From an uncultured Candidatus Saccharibacteria bacterium (lineage in GTDB: Bacteria; Patescibacteriota; Minisyncoccia; Phycocordibacterales; UBA9973): DNA of 64,000 bases. A program made the translations under genes and the position numbers. Each line of letters opens with the position of its first letter. The stretch's first letter is position 1. The stretch is taken from NCBI GenBank assembly GCA_964456475.1, contig CAYVZI010000006.1, positions 7,074 to 71,073 of the forward strand, given 5' to 3'. Positions 30,041-38,481 of this stretch are shown here, in pieces. The notes beneath the pieces were generated by a model, which saw only the letters and a program-made list of their open reading frames with translations, was not told where the DNA came from and ran no database searches.

Positions 30041-30063
30041 ATAATGGTATAGTAGGCGTATGA
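29371..30063 (+). CDS. Y1 HUH transposase (IS200-like TnpA / RAYT)
   Basis: 230 aa. HFYHIYNRG, HUH motif MPNHFHLI, GSLFQGTFKSKHI. Stop overlaps the RNase R start (ATGA). Confidence 0.7.
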   Translation: MRKAPLVEEHFYHIYNRGVDKRKVFESKKDYSRFLYNLYLSNSTQAFNLSDLIKYQESKELIFSLPREDELVSIHAYSLMPNHFHLIISQKKEKGISLFMQKLTTAYTMYFNKKSNRSGSLFQGTFKSKHIASDDYLRYLFAYVHANSFSTIEGEISEKNIEKVLNYEYSSILDYQDIIRPENSIVRTDFFEKEFTNKDGLIEQLKAWLSYHQHPEVKPQDIQNNGIVGV

Positions 30064-32126
30064 AAAAGCCTCACCGAAAGGGTCAGTCTCCAAAACGAGC
30101 CTCTGAACCAAAGAAATCCACTCCCCGCACCTCATTCAACAGAATGACCCTGGGAGCAGAAAAAAAGCCTAACGAGGGTAAATACATCGAAGGTACATTC
30201 CTCGTAATTGGACGCGGGGGTGGAGTCGTCAAATGTGCCGAATACAAAGACGGTATCCGCGTCTATGAAGAAAACGTAAACACGGCTCTTCATGGCGACG
30301 AAGTCAAAGTCAAAATCATTCAAAAGCGTCGCGAGGAAACCGTTGGCGCGATCAAAGAAATCGTACTTAGAACAAAAACCGATTTTACCGGCGTACTCGT
30401 CGAACAAAAAGGCAAATTCTTTTTGAAAGCATCTGATCCAAAAATGTATGCGCAAATTGAAGTAGACAAAAAAGGTCTCAGTTCCGCAATCGTCGGCAAG
30501 CGAGTATATGTGGCGATGAATCCATGGAACGATGCAAAGACTACCCCTACAGGCAAGGTCATCAAAGTGCTTGGAGTGCCAGGTGAACACGAAACCGAAA
30601 TGGAGGCCATCGCACTTGAACGCGGATTTACCGAAAACTTTCCCCAGGAAGTTCTTGCTGAAGCGAAGGCAATCAATGTTCGAGGAATCACACCAGACGA
30701 CCTCAAAGACCGCCGCGATTTCCGCAAGATTGTCACCTTCACCATCGACCCATATGATGCAAAAGACTTCGACGACGCCATCTCAGTAGAAAAGATGCCA
30801 AACGGCGACACAGAAATCGGGATTCATATCGCCGATGTTTCGCATTACGTACAACTCAAAACCGAACTCGATCGCGAAGCGCTTGAGCGCGGTACTTCCG
30901 TGTATCTCGTCGACCGTACAATCCCTATGCTTCCTCGAACACTCTCAGACGATCTCTGTTCCCTCCTTCCCCATGTCGATCGACTCACAATGAGTGCGGT
31001 TATCACATTTGGTGCTGATGGCACGGAAAAAGGTGCATGGTTTGGACCTACAATCATTCACTCAGCCGAGCGCTTCACGTATGAATCTGCACAAGAAGTG
31101 ATTGATGGTGCTTCACACAAATACAAAGACGAGCTCATGACGGCCGCGGGCATCGCGCGCGGCCTAGGCAAGGGTCGTGTCGCCGAAGGTGCATTGGTGC
31201 TTGAACAAGAAGAAGTCAAAGTCCTCATCGACGATCAAGGCCGTCCAACCAAAGTCGTCAAAAAAATCCGCACCGAAAGTCACACGCTCATCGAAGAGCT
31301 TATGCTTCTTGCCAATCGCCGAATCGCCGAATTTCTTGAGCGCGGTGGAAAAGCAAAAAAACCAAAAGGAAATATTCACGAACTCAAAAATGTTGATAGT
31401 GGCGAACACGCAGTCATCTACCGTATCCACGATCAACCAAGCGAAGAAAAAGCCGAAGATCTCGCCTTCTTCATGCGTTCAATCGGTCATCCACTCCCCG
31501 TTCGCAAAGACGGCTCACTCGACCCGAAAGCGATCGTCAAAGTTCTTGAAGGATTTGAAAATGGAGACCTCAAGCAGACAGTGCTCACCTTTGTGATTCG
31601 CAGTATGTCAAAGGCAATATATACGACAAAAAATATCGGTCACTATGGACTACAATTCGATCACTACACGCACTTCACTTCTCCAATTCGTCGCTATCCC
31701 GACCTGGTGATTCATCGCCTTCTTCGCTACGCGCTCGCAGGCAAACCAGCTCCGTCTGAAGCCCGCAAAACATATGAACGCATCGCACGACTTTGTTCAA
31801 TGGCCGAAATGCGCGCCGCCGATGCTGAACGTGAAAGTGTGAAGCTTAAACTTACCGAATACATGGCGACAAAGATCGGCCAGACAATTACCGGTATGAT
31901 TACCGGTGTCACTGAGTGGGGCTTATACGTGCGCGACAAAGAAACGACAGCCGAAGGTCTTGTCGGACTTCGCACAATGACGACCGAATCTTTCACACTC
32001 AATCCAAAACTCGCAACGATGACTGGATCAGTTTCTGGAAAAACATATCGCATTGGTGATACAATAATGGTGAAAGTCGTCAAAGCAGATCCAGAGAGAC
32101 GACAGATCGACTATGAATTAGCGTAA
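30060..32126 (+). CDS. rnr: Ribonuclease R (RNase II/RNB family exoribonuclease, VacB)
   Basis: 688 aa. RNB signature HYGLQFDHYTHFTSPIRRYPDLVIHR. Cold-shock-like N-terminus. C-terminal S1 domain. Confidence 0.85.
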   Translation: MKKPHRKGQSPKRASEPKKSTPRTSFNRMTLGAEKKPNEGKYIEGTFLVIGRGGGVVKCAEYKDGIRVYEENVNTALHGDEVKVKIIQKRREETVGAIKEIVLRTKTDFTGVLVEQKGKFFLKASDPKMYAQIEVDKKGLSSAIVGKRVYVAMNPWNDAKTTPTGKVIKVLGVPGEHETEMEAIALERGFTENFPQEVLAEAKAINVRGITPDDLKDRRDFRKIVTFTIDPYDAKDFDDAISVEKMPNGDTEIGIHIADVSHYVQLKTELDREALERGTSVYLVDRTIPMLPRTLSDDLCSLLPHVDRLTMSAVITFGADGTEKGAWFGPTIIHSAERFTYESAQEVIDGASHKYKDELMTAAGIARGLGKGRVAEGALVLEQEEVKVLIDDQGRPTKVVKKIRTESHTLIEELMLLANRRIAEFLERGGKAKKPKGNIHELKNVDSGEHAVIYRIHDQPSEEKAEDLAFFMRSIGHPLPVRKDGSLDPKAIVKVLEGFENGDLKQTVLTFVIRSMSKAIYTTKNIGHYGLQFDHYTHFTSPIRRYPDLVIHRLLRYALAGKPAPSEARKTYERIARLCSMAEMRAADAERESVKLKLTEYMATKIGQTITGMITGVTEWGLYVRDKETTAEGLVGLRTMTTESFTLNPKLATMTGSVSGKTYRIGDTIMVKVVKADPERRQIDYELA

Positions 32127-32140
32127 ACGCTAATTCATAG

Positions 32141-32292
32141 TCGAGTTCATCAAGTCTATAAAGTTTATAAAGTTAAAAGTCATACGAATGCAATTTCTTC
32201 CCCGCCTGTACACAGGAGGGGGTGGCCGGTACTCCGGACGGGGTGGTTCCTAAACTTTATAAACTTTACGAACTTTATAAACTTTTAACTTT
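32141..32292 (+). repeat. Family-3 A/T-rich AACTTTATAAACTT repeats in inverted orientation (32150-32180 vs 32251-32292) flanking a ~52-nt GC-rich structured core (32199-32250). The whole unit is MITE-like or a small structured RNA.
   Basis: AAGTTTATAAAGTT on the left and (AACTTTATAAACTT)x3 on the right. The core TTCCCCGCCTGTACACAGGAGGGGGTGGCCGGTACTCCGGACGGGGTGGTTCC has nested hairpins CCTGT/ACAGG and CCGG/CCGG. Confidence 0.55.
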
Positions 32293-32295
32293 TTT

Positions 32296-33336
32296 ATGTA
32301 TTCTCATAAAAATAACGACAAACAACTTCTATATTCCCTTATCTTCGTCGGACTTGTTGCCGGGCTTTTTGGACATTATTTTGAAACAGGCAAACTGAAT
32401 TTTGCTACAAACTCAAATCTCAATTCTGCTACGGCATTGCTTGCAACCGAACAGAATCTTACTTCCACAACACCATCTCTTCCGTTGATATCACTCGGCT
32501 TCGTCGGCGACATCATGCTTGATCGTGGAGTAAAGAAATCTGTTATGAACAACATGAGGGGCGACTATTCCAAACTTTTTGCAAACACCGAGTTCCTCAA
32601 AACTCCCGACATCATGTTTGCCAATCTCGAAGGCCCGGTATCAGATCAAGGCAAAGACAAAAGAAACCTCTACTCGTTCCGCATGGACCCAAAATCATTA
32701 ATTGCACTCAAAGATTCCGGCATCGACGTCGTTTCTTTTGCCAACAATCATGTAGGTGATTACGGCCGGCCGGCTTTTGAGGATACTCTCAAGCGACTTC
32801 GCGACACAGGTATTCTTTCTTGTGGTGCTGGAATGAACCGCGCCGAAGCGGAAACACCAGCCATCGTCGTGCAAAACAATTTCAAAGTCGGCTATTTGTG
32901 TTTTTCAGATGTCGGCCCCGCAGATATGGAAGCCACCGATTCAACGAGTGGAATTCTCTTGGCAAGCAATCCCCGCTTTGACGAAATAATCAAAAACGCC
33001 GCAACAAAAGTAGATGCGCTCATCGTATCATTCCATTTTGGAGAAGAATATGAACAGATTCACAATGGACCACAAGAAGCACTCGCAAAAAAAGCCATCA
33101 ATGATGGCGCTGTAATGATTGTCGGACATCATCCGCATGTTCCGCAAGATATTGCCTATTATGACGGCAAGCCAGTACTCTACAGTCTGGGCAATTTCAT
33201 CTTCGATCAGTATTTTTCAAAAGAAACAATGGGCGGATTATTCGTCACTGCAACTCTCATCGGCACCGAGGTCTCCAACGTAACCTCGCATCAAATCGTC
33301 CTTAACAAAAACTTCGTACCTCACTTAGCAAAGTGA
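32296..33336 (+). CDS. CapA/PgsA family poly-gamma-glutamate synthesis metallophosphatase
   Basis: 346 aa. GDIMLDRG, FANLEGP, FANNHVGDYG, GHHPHVPQ, LYSLGNFIFDQ motifs. Confidence 0.8.
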   Translation: MYSHKNNDKQLLYSLIFVGLVAGLFGHYFETGKLNFATNSNLNSATALLATEQNLTSTTPSLPLISLGFVGDIMLDRGVKKSVMNNMRGDYSKLFANTEFLKTPDIMFANLEGPVSDQGKDKRNLYSFRMDPKSLIALKDSGIDVVSFANNHVGDYGRPAFEDTLKRLRDTGILSCGAGMNRAEAETPAIVVQNNFKVGYLCFSDVGPADMEATDSTSGILLASNPRFDEIIKNAATKVDALIVSFHFGEEYEQIHNGPQEALAKKAINDGAVMIVGHHPHVPQDIAYYDGKPVLYSLGNFIFDQYFSKETMGGLFVTATLIGTEVSNVTSHQIVLNKNFVPHLAK

Positions 33337-33430
33337 CTCTTGGAGTATATTCAGCAGAATGACCCTGGGGGTATACTTAGCAAAGTGACTCTTGGAGCAT
33401 ATTCAGCAGAATGACTCTTGGAGCAGCTTG
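33323..33430 (+). repeat. Tandem direct repeat, 2 x ~53 bp, overlapping the capA stop
   Basis: Unit CTTAGCAAAGTGACTCTTGGAGyATATTCAGCAGAATGAC.... Confidence 0.6.
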
Positions 33431-33529
33431 GCAAAATAAAAGTAGCCAACCGATATGGCTGGCTACTTGATAGATGTTTATAGAACAATTAACTTTGAGT
33501 CCGACACGACCCAATAATTGCCTAAGGGG

Positions 33530-34624
33530 TTATGCTTCCCTACTGGTTCCTGGCTTTAAAACCTGGACATACAATTTGCTTGTACCTTCGCTTGTAATAT
33601 CAAGCGTAACATTCAAACCAACCTTACCGGCCACTACCTTGTCTACCATTGCAGGCAACTGAGCGATAGCCTCTTTCATGCTTTGATTAACATCTACTAC
33701 GACGTTCTCAGATGTTGTAGGTTGTTGTGCTTGTTCTTGCACTGGTGCAGTGTACATCGGCTGCACGTTAGGCGTTGGTGTAAATGTAATACCATCATTA
33801 GCAATACCGGCACCCATACGTATGTCATTCCCGCACTGCAGGATTGAAAATACATAACTTGGCTCGGTGGCGTCATCAACAAATACTGTGGCACGAATGC
33901 CAGGGATATTGTTGAGTACCATTTGCCTCGGATGATCCAAATAACCAACTTCCTTACGAACACCATGACTGTCTAACGTACCACGCTCAATCCTTTCAAT
34001 GCGCACATTGTGCATTGGGTACTGACGATGTGCATTTTGCATCATAATGTTATGCGCATTATCCTCGGTGATACCACTGGAATACATTGCAGGTCCTGCA
34101 GTTGCCGGATTATTTCTGCGTTCGGCTAGTTCTCTCTGTCTTCTATCAAATGCAATTTTTTCGTTCCACATCACATAAGAAAGTATTACAAGAACAACCA
34201 AAATAATGAGCCAGCCATACCATGGAACTCCGAAGAATGTACCATCGTGTTCCGACCTAACAACCGGTTTTACGATTACAACTTCCTTTTTCCTTTCTGG
34301 AGTTGTCTGCCCCAGAGTGTCATCATAGTTCACAACGAGCCCGTGAACAGATGGCATTGTTTCCAGCATGCGCCGTACGATACGGCACTGGAAATCTCCA
34401 GGCTCAACGATATAGGTTGTGTCGAACCCATCGCTAAACCTGAAACTGAGTACCTGCCCAGGCAAAATTTGGTTGGGATTTGAAATGCCGTGCAGTGCGT
34501 TCGCCTGCTTGGATTTCATAATCACGTTCCAAACTTCCTGTTCAGAAACTGTCTTTACTGTCTGACCGGACACAGTAACAACGGTCGCGATGAAGCTCGC
34601 AAGGGCTACAATGAGTTTCTTCAT
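33530..34624 (-). CDS. Hypothetical exported/membrane protein (signal peptide + central TM)
   Basis: 364 aa. MKKLIVALASFIATVVTVSG signal. TM WYGWLIILVVLVILSYVMW. Confidence 0.45.
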   Translation of the reverse strand: MKKLIVALASFIATVVTVSGQTVKTVSEQEVWNVIMKSKQANALHGISNPNQILPGQVLSFRFSDGFDTTYIVEPGDFQCRIVRRMLETMPSVHGLVVNYDDTLGQTTPERKKEVVIVKPVVRSEHDGTFFGVPWYGWLIILVVLVILSYVMWNEKIAFDRRQRELAERRNNPATAGPAMYSSGITEDNAHNIMMQNAHRQYPMHNVRIERIERGTLDSHGVRKEVGYLDHPRQMVLNNIPGIRATVFVDDATEPSYVFSILQCGNDIRMGAGIANDGITFTPTPNVQPMYTAPVQEQAQQPTTSENVVVDVNQSMKEAIAQLPAMVDKVVAGKVGLNVTLDITSEGTSKLYVQVLKPGTSREA

Positions 34625-34911
34625 TGCTTAGATATTTAATTGTGATGGCCTACTTTTGTGTATTGGGCTCAGCCGTGATCCCGTTCAGCGACCAAGCGTA
34701 TATCTTAGTCATTAAACGGGACCTACAATTAAACGGATTTCAAAGATCTCAACTACTTATATTATATCATATAATATACCATACTGTCAATAGCTATAAA
34801 AAGCCCTATTATAAGGGTTTACTAACGCAAGACTGCCCGCCAAAGGCGGGCAGTCTTGCAACTTTATGAACTATATAACTTTCAACTTTCAAAATAATTT
34901 TGTAACCAAAA

Positions 34912-37152
34912 TTATTTTGCAATCTGCACCGCCTCGTCAAATTTGATCGAAAGGAGTTTTGATGCCCCTTCGAGGCCCATAGTTACTCCATAGAGCACCT
35001 GGGCGCGGGACATGGTCTCGCGATTGTGTGTGACTACAATGAGCTTTGAATGCTTGGAAAGATGACTGAGCATGTCTCCATATTTGCGAGAGTTTGCTTC
35101 ATCGAGCGCTGCGTCAGTCTCGTCGAGCACGAGGAATGGCGGTGGATTCACCTGACTCATCGCAAAGAGTAGCGCGATCGAAATGAGTGAACGTTCCCCA
35201 CCGGAGAGCATCTGAAGATCGCGGACTTTTTTGTGCGGAAGGCTCACGTTGATTTCGATGCCATGTTCAAAAGGAAGAGTATCTTCATCTTCCAAATCTG
35301 ATGCAGTATCTTCTTCGTCCAATTCTTTAGGCTTCCTATGTTCTACAATGATTGAGAGGAATGCATTTCCCCCGCCGAACATGAGCTTGAAGAAGTCAGA
35401 AAATTGCACGTTAATCTTTTCAATTCCCTCTTTGAACGTGCGTTCGATTGTATCGCGAAGTTCATGAATGAGTTCACGAAGCGACGCCATTGATTCATCG
35501 ATATCAATGATTTCCTTTGCAAGGAATTCATCGCGCGCTTTTGTATCTTCGTATTCTTTGATTGTCTCAGAACCCGAAGCCGCACCGGCGTCTTCAAGCT
35601 TGATCTTAATGCGCTCAACTCGTCGATATAATGCCTCACGTTCTGCAACCAGATCTTCCGTATCAGCTTCCGCACTTTCTTTGTGAGAAATGATGATAGT
35701 ACCAAAGAGTGCTTGCGCCTCACGGAGCGACTCGTTAAAAATGGCATTTCGTCGTGCGAGATTTTCTCGGCGAAGTGCAAGTTCGCGAAGTGAACCTTCG
35801 AGCGTTGCTCGGCGAGTCGCTCCGGCATACGCACTGCGTTCTTCTTCACGAAGATTGCGTTCAATGACTGCGAGTTTTTCACGCACAGCCGAAACAGCAC
35901 TGCGTGCTTGCACGATAGCAGAATCAATCTCGGCGAGGCGCGCTTCACGCGCGCCTCGCTCACTTTCAATGCGAGCTCGCACATCAGACTGATCGACGAA
36001 TGCTTCTTTTGCGCCATCGAGTGATTGCACAAATTCTGAAATTTTGTATTTCATCGAAGAGAGCGTCGTGCGAACTTCCGAAAGAGACTCCACTGCTCCT
36101 ACACTTTCAATTGTAGAAATTATTTCTTCACAGATAGTCTGTACTTGTTCACGCGGCACGCTCGTCACCGCATGCGTCTCATGTACGACAGAGAGTGCAT
36201 CGAGCTTGCCTTCGATACGTCCAATCGCACGCGAAAGATCCTCACGCTCATGCGAGAGTTTTGATTGCGCTTCTTCAGCAGTGCGCAATTCGGCAAATGC
36301 TTGATTACGGGATTGATCGTGCTTGTTCCCTGTCTCTGCAGTCGAAATTTCTGGAATACTCGCGAGTTCATTTCGAATCGCGACTTCTTCTGTATGTAAT
36401 TCTTTTTCTTTATACGCAATGGCACTTGATTCGAGTGTCGCATATTCCTGAAACAGCGTTCCAAATTCGTTGCGCATCTCTTCCGTTTTTTGGATTTTTT
36501 CTACCTGCTTACTCAAGTAGGTCAAATGAGGAGCAAGTTCACGGCGAAGGGCCTGCACCTCTTTGAGATTGGCAGTTGTCTTTTCAAGTTTGCGCTCACT
36601 ATCGCGAATACGGATTTGATACACCTTGAGCCCGAGTGCATCTTCGATCATTCCACGACGGTCTTTTGCAGATGCAGTAAGGAGTCGATCAGCCTCGCCC
36701 TGAGAGATGATATGGTGTCCAGACGCGCCGATGTTCACCGAACCAAGAAGTTCATTGATATCTTTAAGACGCACGTTTGTTCCATTGATAAAATAGTTTG
36801 AACCAGTAGCTGTGACTTCGCGCGCAAGCGTAATCTCATCAAAGCCAAGTTCAGCTGCCGCACCAGAAGCACTCGAAAAGGCAAACTTACGATCAGCATT
36901 TTCAAAAGTAATCGCCACACGAGCCTTAGATCCAGCTGGCAGAAGCTTTGAACCTTTCCAAATCAAATCAGTTCCCCCTTTTCCACGAAGTGACTTCATC
37001 GATTGCTCACCAAGCACGTAGCGAATGGATTCCACCACATTAGACTTTCCCGAACCATTCGGGCCAACAATTGCAGTAATAGGCGTATCAAAAGACAACA
37101 CCGTCTTTTTCGCAAAGCTCTTAAAACCGCTGATTTCTATACTTTTTAGCAT
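34912..37152 (-). CDS. smc: SMC-family chromosome segregation ATPase (short form, 746 aa)
   Basis: N-terminus FKSFAKKTVLSFDTPITAIVGPNGSGKSNVVESIRYVLGEQSMKSLRG. C-terminal signature LSGGERSLISIALLFA plus Walker B LVLDETDAALD. Coiled-coil middle. Confidence 0.75.
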   Translation of the reverse strand: MLKSIEISGFKSFAKKTVLSFDTPITAIVGPNGSGKSNVVESIRYVLGEQSMKSLRGKGGTDLIWKGSKLLPAGSKARVAITFENADRKFAFSSASGAAAELGFDEITLAREVTATGSNYFINGTNVRLKDINELLGSVNIGASGHHIISQGEADRLLTASAKDRRGMIEDALGLKVYQIRIRDSERKLEKTTANLKEVQALRRELAPHLTYLSKQVEKIQKTEEMRNEFGTLFQEYATLESSAIAYKEKELHTEEVAIRNELASIPEISTAETGNKHDQSRNQAFAELRTAEEAQSKLSHEREDLSRAIGRIEGKLDALSVVHETHAVTSVPREQVQTICEEIISTIESVGAVESLSEVRTTLSSMKYKISEFVQSLDGAKEAFVDQSDVRARIESERGAREARLAEIDSAIVQARSAVSAVREKLAVIERNLREEERSAYAGATRRATLEGSLRELALRRENLARRNAIFNESLREAQALFGTIIISHKESAEADTEDLVAEREALYRRVERIKIKLEDAGAASGSETIKEYEDTKARDEFLAKEIIDIDESMASLRELIHELRDTIERTFKEGIEKINVQFSDFFKLMFGGGNAFLSIIVEHRKPKELDEEDTASDLEDEDTLPFEHGIEINVSLPHKKVRDLQMLSGGERSLISIALLFAMSQVNPPPFLVLDETDAALDEANSRKYGDMLSHLSKHSKLIVVTHNRETMSRAQVLYGVTMGLEGASKLLSIKFDEAVQIAK

Positions 37153-37197
37153 ACAATAAGAAGATTATACCATTTTCGAGTAATAAAAAAGAGCCGT

Positions 37198-37611
37198 TTA
37201 ATTAACAGCTCTTTTAATTTTCTCATCAAAAAAATCAATCAAAATACACATCAAGATTACAATATATGACAAGCCAAAGGAGACTATATCATTACTATCA
37301 TATACTCCAGGTGATATGTGATATTTTTGTAGTAATTCCGAAGCTACCCCTAACACGAGAAAGATTGTACCAAAAAACAAAAATCGTTCACGTACACTTG
37401 TTTTCCGAAACATTTTCTTTCTTCCAAAAAAAGATGTACAAAACACTGAATACAAAAACGGGTCAGTGCTATCATTAAAATAAGAAGACATGAGTGGCCA
37501 ACCTTTAGTCTGATGAAATATTTCGAGCAGCATGAATATAATTCGCAATACTGCAACTACACCAACGAGACCAAAAACGAATTTACGGAAGTTAGAATTA
37601 TTTTCTTGCAT
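37198..37611 (-). CDS. VanZ-like membrane protein
   Basis: 137 aa, 4 TM. ASELLQK...DSNDIVSFGLSY resembles the VanZ motif. Confidence 0.45.
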   Translation of the reverse strand: MQENNSNFRKFVFGLVGVVAVLRIIFMLLEIFHQTKGWPLMSSYFNDSTDPFLYSVFCTSFFGRKKMFRKTSVRERFLFFGTIFLVLGVASELLQKYHISPGVYDSNDIVSFGLSYIVILMCILIDFFDEKIKRAVN

Positions 37612-37664
37612 AGAACATGATTTTCATGAACTATACACCTTTCGTATTTTTTTGTATATCAGAG

Positions 37665-38375
37665 CTAATCCAACCACTTTTTGGCTTCAAGCGCATTACG
37701 TGCCGCATCCTGCTCTGCTTCCTGCTTTGAATGTCCTTTGCCTTCAGCGATTTTCTCCGCGCCGAAAAAGATTCCGATGGTGAAATTCTTGTCATGATCT
37801 GGACCGGTCTCACGAATCACTTTGTATGAAGGAGTGACGCCGACATACTCCTGGCATTTTTCCTGCACGAGTGATTTTGAGTCGCGCCACAATTTTTTCT
37901 TTACAATTTCAGCGGCGCGCTTGTGGAGGAATCGGTCAATAAACTTTTCCGTCACCACAAAACCTTGATCAAGGTACATTGCGCCAATAAGCGCTTCTAT
38001 CGCGTTTGCAAGAATATACAGTCGTGCTTTTCCGGTATCTTTAGCTTCCCCACGAGAAAGAAATAAATATTCATTCATGTTGATCTCGTTTGCGAATTCG
38101 GCCATCGTGTTGGCATTCACGAGCGCAGCACGATATGCAGTAAGCTCTCCCTCAGGAGAGTCAGTATATGTTTTGTATAAAAAGTCGGTCACTGCAAGCT
38201 CGAGAACGGCGTCTCCGAGGAATTCGAGACGCTCATTGTGCTCGAGTCCTTTGCTTGGATTTTCATTCAAATACGAACGGTGAATAAACGCTTGTGCAAG
38301 CAAGTCGCGATTTTTAAATGTTACGCCAATAGATTCTTCAAATGGAGCCCAGTCTCGAGAGATTTTTTCAGACAT
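37665..38375 (-). CDS. rnc: Ribonuclease III
   Basis: 236 aa. ERLEFLGDAVLELAVTDFLY signature. C-terminal dsRBD. Confidence 0.9.
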   Translation of the reverse strand: MSEKISRDWAPFEESIGVTFKNRDLLAQAFIHRSYLNENPSKGLEHNERLEFLGDAVLELAVTDFLYKTYTDSPEGELTAYRAALVNANTMAEFANEINMNEYLFLSRGEAKDTGKARLYILANAIEALIGAMYLDQGFVVTEKFIDRFLHKRAAEIVKKKLWRDSKSLVQEKCQEYVGVTPSYKVIRETGPDHDKNFTIGIFFGAEKIAEGKGHSKQEAEQDAARNALEAKKWLD

Positions 38376-38385
38376 AAGAATAAGT

Positions 38386-38470
38386 TAAAAGTTTATAAAG
38401 TTCTTAAAGTTTATAAAGTGAAATTCAACAATGCGTGCCTGTATAGACTTTATGAACTTTCAACTTTATA
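38386..38470 (+). repeat. Family-3 repeat pair: (AGTTTATAAAGT)x2 then the inverted (ACTTTATRAACTT)x2 around a 25-bp core
   Basis: Read directly, between rnc and the nusB-Nudix gene. Confidence 0.55.
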
Positions 38471-38481
38471 AACTTGATGAA

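Noticed and set aside
27725-33430. The tandem repeats (27725-27835, 33323-33430) considered as a possible CRISPR array
   Set aside because: Only two units each. The units are directly adjacent with no unique spacers. No cas genes are in the window.
35343-36032. 229-aa antisense/alternate-frame ORF inside smc, plus Arg/Ser-rich ORFs at 35468-35992
   Set aside because: Embedded in the SMC coiled-coil region. The Ser/Arg-rich translations are characteristic of the wrong frame of a Glu/Leu/Ala-rich coiled coil.
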